Assembly (NCBI RefSeq): GCF_009914755.1 | Contig: NC_060928.1 | Origin: the human T2T-CHM13v2.0 reference genome, Homo sapiens | Strand: one strand, 5' to 3' | DNA: 64,000 bases | Shown here: positions 47,433 to 64,000 of the stretch, one piece after another | Numbering within the stretch: position 1 is the first letter of the stretch | Layout: each line of letters starts with the position of its first letter | Notes under the pieces: model-generated | The model's database searches: none | Told to the model about the DNA's origin: nothing | The model's input: only the letters and a program-made list of their open reading frames with translations | Program-made: the position numbers and the translations under genes

Positions 47433-49223
47433 TGACAAAGGATCCAAATTTACAGTTTCTGCTCAGCTGTGTAGCAAAGTATTAAGGAAAGGGTTACATG
47501 TTCACACTTTGAGGCCAAGTGGTAGTGACTCCAAGGACAAAATGAACAGTCAAAAAACAGGGCTGTATAATCCATCCATTCTTTCCAACAGTAGAATTTC
47601 CTCCAATTATCAATTCTGGAGATTCTGGGGTTATTCAATTAAGAAGAGTAGCACATACTTCAGTCACATGAGGACACTCTCAAAATACAAGTTGAAAATA
47701 CAAAACTCCTCATAACAATGTCAAGTGCCAACAATGATTTTTAAAATTTAAGTAGGGCTGAACTGTGTGTAACTGGTGAAATGTTCAAGTTAACAATCCT
47801 TACACACGAAATCTCTCACTTCACTGACTTAATTCATTATTTGCTGAATAAACAATAAACTTCCAGTCAGTAGTCAAGAGTTGGCAATCTAGCTGGTAGG
47901 ACATAACATATAATCATGAAACAGCAAAAACAGTATTCAAAGATTAAATTAGCAATACCCCAAAATGTGTGTTAGAGTTAGCATAAAGAATTTCTGATGT
48001 AGTTTACCAAGAGCTAAACTAAAAAGTCCAGAATACAAAAAACAGGGATGCAATGATGTTAGTTTTTTTCACCATCCTTGAAATTCTCCCATTAACCACA
48101 GCTCTGAGTTTTCAACTGCTCTTTGTCCTTAAATCTTCAGATTCCCTCCTTTGAATGGGATAGGTAGAGCAGATTAGAAGAAATATATTCCGAGGCTCTC
48201 TAATAGTTTCTGGATGATTAACCTTCATGAAAATAACCTCACAGATAAGTAATTAGGATTTTTCAGCCCATTTCTATAAACTAAGTAAACTTTTTTTCTA
48301 GTGAACATAACTTGATATATTAGTGACTGTAGAAAGTCTTTCTACAGCAACAGGAATTATATCAAGGCTTTTGCAAATTCCTGGCAACTCCGGGCATGTT
48401 TAAGTTCTACTACTCATCTGTTCTGACTATATTTTCATCTGATGGAATAAGCAGTTCATCTCCTTTCCTAGAACTTTTAGTGCTCTACTGTCCCCCTCAC
48501 TTTAGTTAAGGTCTGCCATGTCCTCCTCTCCGACAGTCCTTGACTTTCCCAATGGCATATTCATCTGCTCAAACAGATGTCACTGCAAAACAAAACAAAC
48601 TTTTAACAAAAAGCAATGTTTGCATATTTGGGGCCTTTTGTATGACAATATTGCACGTTTCCTCAGAAAAATTCACGGAGATTCTTTAAGGTTGGGGGTT
48701 TAATCTATTGATATTTTCCTTAGGTAGACAAAGACAACCTCTAAGTGCGCTCAGTTAATCTTTAACCGCTACATCATCGTCACCCAGGCACTAAGACATA
48801 ACTAGGGCATAATGAGTTTTATTTCCACCAGGGGCGCCTAGTAACTACCAGGTTCAACGCTCCCAGGTGGCCGACATGTGATGTGCTCTACTGTTTGGGC
48901 TGGGGATATTAGCTCAACAAACTCTGGCCACAAGGATCACGCGGATATTCTTGGGGATGCCTAGCGAAATGCGCTGTACCTAGGCCTCGAACTCTCGCCT
49001 GCTCTCCGGTGGGCGGTCTCGAACTCCAGCCTGCTCTCCGGCAGCCCACAGCAATGCGCCTGCCAAGACCTTAGGCTGCAAAACTCGCCACGGCCCAGAG
49101 CTCGCCTCCAAGTGCGCCCCGCACAGGGCAAGCTTTCGGCGAGGACTCGCGTCCCACCCATCTAGCCCTGGCCGCTGTCCCAACTCCCGCAGTTCACAGA
49201 GGCGGCGGCGGTGAGCGCAGCCG

Positions 49224-49348
49224 ATGCCACATCCTCAGCGGCAAGCTGAAGAAACCTGTCTCCTCTCTGGGGCGACCAAACGATACGTCGATGCCGGAAC
49301 CGACCCGACGCCGGAGCCGTCGGCTCCGTCCTTACCGTTGCTCTCCAG
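49224..49348 (+). CDS. RAB33B: Candidate alternative upstream coding exon of RAB33B
   Basis: ATG at 49224 is open to the donor CAG|GTACAC at 49348/49349 (125 nt). Joining to the 49828 acceptor is in frame with ATG 49847. Confidence 0.5.
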
Positions 49349-49785
49349 GTACACGCCCCCGTCAAAGGCGGCTCTGCGGCCCTCTCGCGAGAGAGTGCCC
49401 GTGGTACCTCCTTCCTCTCAGTTGTCTGTCTCTCCCCGCCCCCGGAGTGATTGCGCGGCTTCCTCCAGAGGGCGGGAACCTTGGACGTGGCGGGGCTGGG
49501 TCAGTCAGGGCGCTGGGCCCAGCCTCTCTGCAGGCTGGCCTTCCGCGCTGCCGTGAAGCCCCCGACAGGTCCCACGCCTGCCTAGGTAGACCGGCGCCAG
49601 CCCGAGTGACGCCTGGCGTGTGGCCGCGGGCAGGCGGCTCCGTGCGGCGGGGCGGGCGGGTGCCACACCTGTGCGGGCAAGGGCGGGGCGGGAAGGTGCG
49701 CAGGCGCGCTCGGGGCTGGTGGGCGGTGGCTCCTGGGAAGTTGCGCAGCCGAACTGGCCGGCTGGGCGCGCGCTCTTGCGGTGGC

Positions 49786-49827
49786 GTAATCTCTCAGCCT
49801 TTCTGTGTCTCCTTTCCTCCGCCTCAG
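49786..49827 (+). promoter_or_regulatory. 3' splice acceptor 19 nt upstream of the RAB33B ATG
   Basis: Branch-like CGTAAT, a long pyrimidine tract CTTTCTGTGTCTCCTTTCCTCCGCCT, then CAG|TTT (AG at 49826-49827). Confidence 0.7.
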
Positions 49828-49846
49828 TTTGGGGCGGGTCGGGGGA

Positions 49847-50095
49847 ATGGCTGAGGAGATGGAGTCGTCGCTCGAGGCAAGCTTTTCGTCCAGCGGGGCA
49901 GTGTCAGGGGCCTCAGGGTTTTTGCCTCCTGCCCGCTCCCGCATCTTCAAGATAATCGTGATCGGCGACTCCAATGTGGGCAAGACATGCCTGACCTACC
50001 GCTTCTGCGCTGGCCGCTTCCCCGACCGCACCGAGGCCACGATAGGGGTGGATTTCCGAGAACGAGCGGTGGAGATTGATGGGGAGCGCATCAAG
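49847..50095 (+). CDS. RAB33B: RAB33B first coding exon (83 codons), Rab small GTPase
   Basis: Translates [83 protein letters not shown], with the Rab33 P-loop GDSNVGKT and switch I TIGVDF. Ends at the canonical donor AAG|GTGAGC (50095/50096). No downstream coding exon seen in the window. Confidence 0.97.
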
Positions 50096-50261
50096 GTGAG
50101 CGGATGGGGAACTGTTGGGGAGGACAGGGTGACAGGTGTCCCAACCCCACCGTGGGCTGGTCGCTGGCCGTGTGCACGGTGTGTGTGCGCTCCATTTTTT
50201 TCTCACGCTGATGAGATTGGAGTTGGGGATTGGAAGGATTGCAATACTGCAAACTTCTAAG

Positions 50262-50390
50262 GCAGCGTTTCTCAGACTTCATTGTGCATGCGATTTACCT
50301 GGGGATCTTGTTTTTGAAAATGCAGGCTATGATTTAATAATCTCGCTGATGATGCAGGTGCAGCTAGTCCGTGGACCACACTTTGAGTTC
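50262..50390. mobile_element. MER5A-type hAT relic
   Basis: CAGCGTTTCTCAGACTT...ACCTGGGGATCTTGTT..AAAATGCAG...GGACCACACTTTGAG. Confidence 0.7.
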
Positions 50391-51553
50391 AGGAGTGTAG
50401 GGCTTATCTACCGACCCATTTACTGTGTGTGTCGTGTGCTGGGAGTCAGTCAAATATGAACGGAGGAAAAACAGTGAAATTGCGCGAGAATGGAAAATTC
50501 ATTTAATCAGTAATAGTTATTAAACATTCATTCGAGCAGTGCCTTAGATGTTGTGGAAGTAAAGCCTATTGCCTTTGAGGAAGTACTTAGGTATTCTCTT
50601 GCATACAGTTTTGCTGTAGTAGTTTCTTTATGATACTGATTTTAGAAAAATCTATTTTCCTGCAGAAACATTCTATATGTGATAGTTCCTACTCAGGTTG
50701 CCAAAAGCATTTCTCATGATGCCACCTCAGACACACGCCCAATTCTTTATTCCCTTTAAGTCGTTATTTTTGGTCCCTGGGACTGGGGACACTGAGTGAC
50801 AGTAATAGTGGAGAAGGTAGTATAGGCCCCAGGGCAGGTTTGAAGTTCTGAGGGGTTGGAATCTAACAGTGGAATGAGGATCAATGACAAGGCTTAGGCC
50901 TCTTGATGGTATAAACCTTAGACACACCTTCATAGCAAGCCACCACTAAATGCCACCTGTTGATGCCACTCCTTAAAACATAGGTGGAACCACCTTGCCT
51001 TATACTACTGCTTTAAATCAGCGATCGTCTTTATCTCAGTCTCTTGGTGGGGATGGGGAGTGGTGGGAGAACAGGCTTGCTTTAGACGTTCCTACCCTCG
51101 TATCTTAGAGGCAAGAACAATTTATTTTTCAGTTCCCTAATCATCGCCCCCCACCCCAACGGGTTATACTGCTAATGATGGTAGAGGTGAAGTAAGCTGG
51201 GTTAAAAGAAATTAACCTTTCTTTGGTGCTTCTGTCTTTTAATTTTTCACATTAGTATTTCATGTCCCATATGAGCTCTCAGTGGTGGTTTTGGAGTTGC
51301 TTTGTATTAGGGAATTTAGAAAGATTTGTATACTTGCAGAAGAAAAGATAGAATAAAAGGCTAAACATTTTTCACCAGAATTAGGTTTGGCCCAGAAGCC
51401 TTTGGGGTGAAAAATAATGGAGCTTCTGAAGTTCCAAGGGAGTTAAGATTGGGAGAAGCAGGAATCTGGGAAGTACGTGGGCTTTGGAGCCCAACTAACC
51501 TGGATTCATATCTGAACCTACGAAAGGGTAGGGATGGGCTGCGTGTCCTTACT

Positions 51554-51652
51554 AGGGTGACCAACTTTGCCCAAGACTGTCCAGGTTTTAAAACTGGGTC
51601 TCACATCCCGGGGACCCCCTGTATTGGGCACACCAAAATAGTTGGTCACCCT
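51554..51652. mobile_element. MER94-like hAT-Blackjack MITE
   Basis: Perfect TIRs AGGGTGACCAAC / GTTGGTCACCCT. Confidence 0.75.
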
Positions 51653-53326
51653 GGACCTTAGGCAGATTCTTTAACCTCTCAGAGTCTGTATTTTTCTTCC
51701 GAAAAACTGGGATCATGATACCTTATCAGGCTGCTGTGAGGATCAGATGAGGACATATATGAAGCACCTGGTTCATAGTTGGTGCCTTTAAAAAGATTCT
51801 TTGTCTTTCCTGGTGGCTTAACATTATTTTTCCTGTTTGCCACCATTAGTTCTGCAGTTGTACACCCAAAGTTGAAAGCAGAGATAGTGGAGGGCATAGG
51901 TAGACAGCTAAGGGGAGAGAAATTTAAAAAACAAAACAAAAACAAAAACGGAAGTAGGAAATTCTTTCAAAAGTGGAGAGAATGAGGGTGGGGGAGGAGT
52001 TGGGATTTGAGGGCCCTTTATCTGTTCCTGGGTTGCCATTTATACTTAAAGATAACAGATGAATCAGGTGCAAATTTAAGAGATAATAGTATTGAAAAAA
52101 TATAAAGCATGTGCAGTGTATAAAGTCAATTACCTAACTACTGAGGTGAGTGCTGGCAGTGATAAATAAGACAGAACCACAGGTATGACGAATCTGGGAG
52201 CACAGAGTTGATAATTCTGGTTGGGAAGAGCAAGGAGATGATATTTTTTGGGGAGATTATTTCTACTGAACTTTAGCCTAACTTGTTACATTGATATGGA
52301 CTTGAATACTGAGATCATTTTTCTTCTAAGGCCCTAGCCGTTGATTTGTGCCACCAATGGTGAGACTTGAGAGAGATTTTTATTGTGGTTGAAATGACTA
52401 CAGACATGTTCTGAGGTTTCTATAGTAGGAAAAGATATAGCTATGTTGGGCATTTTTTAAAACCACAGAGCTTAATTTTTTTTAGTGCCCTTTTTTTCGA
52501 AAACTGAAAAGTGATATAAAGAGCTTTATTCTATGTGCTGCTTCTGCTGCTTTTTGGTTAACCTGTAATACATCTTGAGTGCTGCTGAAATGTTCATATT
52601 ACGTCTTTGGAAAATTGTAGCCTGATCTAAAATGACATTTTTCCTAATTTTTCATCTCAAAGCTGGAAAGCTCTATTACTTTACTAGTAAAATGCCATTC
52701 TAGACATTATTTCTTTGATAAAAATGAGATATTGCGTTAAATGTTTTGATAATCATGGACTAGAAAATTTTCAGAAAGCATGACTTAACAACAGTGCCCT
52801 TTCAGAATCCGTTAAAATGTTTTATGAAATTTAAGAAAGCCTATATCTGCTAATCCATTCCTAAGCAGTATGTGCAGGTAGTTGAAAGAGGAAAATCTTG
52901 TTTGCAAAATTTTGGAAGTCGAATAAAATTATAAAATTAAATTCCTTAAATACAAATACATTCGGCTTTTAAATTGAGACTCCTAACTCTAATCCTTATG
53001 CTCCTTCCTCGTGTGTATATCCCCTTCATGACTAATTGTATTCCTTTAGCACAATCATTTTCCAGTGGCAGACACACCAACCCATTAAAGCCTGGTGTTG
53101 TATTTAATCCGGCCTCCCATTAGAGGTCAGCAGGTCCTACTTGAACATTTTAGTAGCTTACTTTTTTGTAGCGGTAGAAATGAAATGTTCCCATGTTAAG
53201 TGCAAAATGTTAATATTAACTAAAGGAAAATAATCAGGACCTCTCCCCACACTGGTAAAACAAATATTTAATGAGTAATTGCTGGAAAGAAGACATTTTG
53301 ATAAGCACAGAGAATTATGATACGGC

Positions 53327-53480
53327 ACAAGGGTCAGCAAACTATGCTTGAGGGCCAAAAATGGTCTTTTGCCTGTTTTTACATGGCCACAATCTAAGAA
53401 TGATTTTTTACATTTTTTAATGTTTAGGGAAAATATCAAGATTTCATGACATGAAAATCATATGAAATTCAAAATTCACC
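53327..53480 (+). mobile_element. MER58-type hAT fragment
   Basis: CAAGGGTCAGCAAACTATG..GGGCCAAA...ATATGAAATTCAAA. Confidence 0.6.
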
Positions 53481-53796
53481 TAGGTTGTACTACTTTAATC
53501 CTTCTTATCCTTGTACTCTCACCCCTCTCTTTGCTCTGAGTCCAATTGGTTTTCCACCTGCACACTTTCTATTAACTGTCTTGTCTTCAAAATTCTAGTT
53601 CAAGTCCTTTTTTTAACCTCTCTTTGAACTGTTGCAGCAGCTTAACAGTTACAGCAGCTTAACTGATCTCCCAGTCCTCAATTAATCTATTTTGTACATT
53701 GTTGCCAAAATGCCCGATTAATGTTGTACTTCAAGATTTATCTCCCCTAACTCAAGTGCCCTTTATATTATATTCTCCATTATGTTATAAAGTTCC

Positions 53797-55581
<1,785 letters not shown>

Positions 55582-57439
55582 TAGTTCAGTTCTTAAACCA
55601 CATAGTAAGTACTCAGGGAAAAGTGTTGAATATATAGAGGCAGAGAGATCAGTTGGTAGGGTACTCTGGAAATCCAGAATTGAGGTGATAAGGGAAAATA
55701 AAGGGGTGATAGAAGAGGTATTTTGAAGATAAAGCCAAAGTCTTCAGTAACTGGCTGTTGGTGATGAGAAAGAAGAGGACTAGATGAGTGAGGTTGTGAG
55801 TCTGGGTGACAGGAGGTAGGTAGTGGAGCTAAGGGGGACTACGTGGAAGATTGAATTTGGACAGGCTCTGTAACATTATGATTTAGTCATGTGTTTATTG
55901 AGATGATCCTATATTCAAATGGAAATACTGATTGGCAGCTACAAATACCGGATTGGCACACAGGAGAAATAATTATGCACATGAAGTTGAAGTTTGGAAG
56001 CACGGATAGAACAAAATGTAGCTAACATGCCTAGAGAGAATAGTAGAAATTTTGTTAAATTTTTTTATGGCATGATGAAGATGACATTCAGTGAATGCTG
56101 TGTAAATATAAAATATAAATTGGGTTACTAATTATTGTTCTGTGTTGATCTTCATTAAAAGTAAATTAATGTTTATAAGTCAAAAAATATTTTATATGAA
56201 GTCACCTTATACCCTACCTTAAAACAGAATCAAATTGATACTTTATTTCTTAAAATGTGGTATTGGTGGTTGGAGAGATACCAAACTGGTTCTCTTGATT
56301 TGATTTGATTTGCATTGAAATTCAGTGAATGAGAATATGCGCAGTTCAGGTATCCTAAGAATGCTGAAGAATCTTGTGATCCCTTAGCTCAGAAACTTTT
56401 GGGCAGTTTCTGGTCTGAAAAAGACTTTGAATTGCTGGGGTTTGGTCCTGGGGCTGGCATGGTGTAAGTAATATACATTTTCACAGACCCAAGCTTTCCT
56501 ACTATCTGAAGGATCCCAGGAACCAGGTCAGAATTCCTGTTGTTTTTCTAGCCTGATTTCAGAAGCCTATGATTCTCTTCTGTCACTTCTTACGAAGACG
56601 AAGAAGGCAGCATTGGTGTGTATATTCAGAGGTGGTGAGAAGAGAATTACTTACTTCTCTGGAATCAGTGGTCAAGATCTCTTGCTTTGGAGACTGTGTG
56701 AGGACTCTAAGCAAATTAGTTTAAGCAGAAAGGGAATTTATTTTTTCATATAACTAAAAAGCCTAGAAGTAAATTTCTCTGTCTGCCAGTTCCAACTGCA
56801 GCTCTACATGCCCATTCCTAAACTATGGTAGTGACAGGGAGTGTGGGGGTGCGAACCTCTGATTGGTCAGACGTAGGTCACATGCCCTCCCTGGGAGCCA
56901 GTGGTTCATGTGAATGGAAAGCAGGGGAGGGCCGATTCCCAAGGAAAATAGGGTGCTATTAATAGAAGGGAGAATGAGGGTTAGGCTGGAGAAAACAACA
57001 TGCATTCTCTACAGAATCAGGTAGTCCACGTTTAAATTCTGGCCTTAAGACTTACTCGTTTTGTGGCCTTGGGTGAATTACTTAAACCTCAGTTTCCTCA
57101 TCTGAAGATTGGGTAATTATTACATAGGGTTGCATATATTAAATAAGGGCATGTAAAGGACTTAGCAGAGTTCCTGGAGTATACATGGAATGTGCTAAGC
57201 CCCAAATCAATATTAATAGTTTAAGAGTAAATGCTCATTCCTTCAGGAGAGAGATGGTAGTGGGGAAAAAAAACAGGCAGTGAAAGAATAGGGAAAGAGG
57301 ATGGATAACTAAGATTACTGTTCCAAATTGTGTGTATTTTTTCCTCTAAGGTGATAACTAATGCTTTCTCTCACTGCTTGCTCTCTTCCTTATCACCATT
57401 ATTATTCTGTAATTAAATCCTTTATTTAAAAAAAATTTT

Positions 57440-63780
<6,341 letters not shown>

Positions 63781-64000
63781 GTGGCTGGGGAGGCCTTACA
63801 ATCAAGGCAGAAGGTGAAAGGCATATCTCACATGGCAGCAGACAAGAGAAGAGAGCTTGTGCAGGGAAACTCCCCCTTTTAAAACCATCAGACCTCTTGA
63901 GACTTACTCACTGTCATGAGAACAGCATGGGAAATACCTGCCCCCATAATTCAGTTACCTCTCACAGGGTCCCTCCCACAACACGTGGGAATTCAAGATG
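63781..64000 (-). mobile_element. THE1/MST MaLR LTR fragment running off the window end
   Basis: GGCTGGGGAGGCCTTACAATC..GGCAGAAGGTGAAAGG...AAAACCATCAGA...GGGTCCCTCCCACAACACGTGGGAATT. Confidence 0.85.

Larger units (their letters stand above)
48940..50180. promoter_or_regulatory. CpG-island promoter of RAB33B, probably bidirectional
   Basis: Dense CpGs, GC boxes (GGGGCGGG, ~49648-49692), NRF1-like TGCGCAGGCGC at 49697-49707 and the BANP/Kaiso palindrome TCTCGCGAGA at 49383-49392. Confidence 0.92.

Noticed and set aside
48824-48838. CTCF-like CCACCAGGGGCGCC
   Set aside because: One G short of the core spacing; weak match.
48961-49983. Long overlapping ORFs in the CpG island (e.g. 187 aa at 49291)
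   Set aside because: Expected from stop-codon depletion in GC-rich DNA; Arg/Gly/Pro-rich and no recognisable domain.
50096-50260. Continuation of the RAB33B ORF to 151 aa
   Set aside because: Read-through into the intron past the GTGAGC donor.

Overview
This is primate, almost certainly human, genomic DNA. It holds about 49 kb of repeat-dense sequence upstream of RAB33B, then the RAB33B CpG-island promoter, the first coding exon (49847-50095, +) and about 14 kb of the following intron. Most of the ORF track is Alu, L1 or ERV noise. Besides many Alu/L1/L2/DNA-transposon relics, the window has a near-complete HERV-L provirus with two MLT2A LTRs (38043-45469) and a MER11 solo LTR. It also preserves several unusual retrotransposition fossils: (1) a retrocopy of a partially processed, snoRNA-headed, polyadenylated RNA (SNORA78/ACA64 + retained intron end + SNHG9-like last exon); (2) a GFOD2 processed pseudogene with a 97-nt stop-containing cassette and a poly(A) joined mid-CDS; (3) an L1PA2 insertion with a 3' transduction that carries a second L1 3' end and a unique source tag; (4) about 390 bp of foreign DNA captured between Alu pieces. 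RAB33B has a strong splice acceptor 19 nt before its ATG. This allows an in-frame 48-aa N-terminal extension, and possibly splicing from the HERV-L 3' LTR, which keeps a perfect DUX4 motif and a splice donor. Family and gene names come from recalled sequences rather than a database search, and repeat boundaries are approximate.
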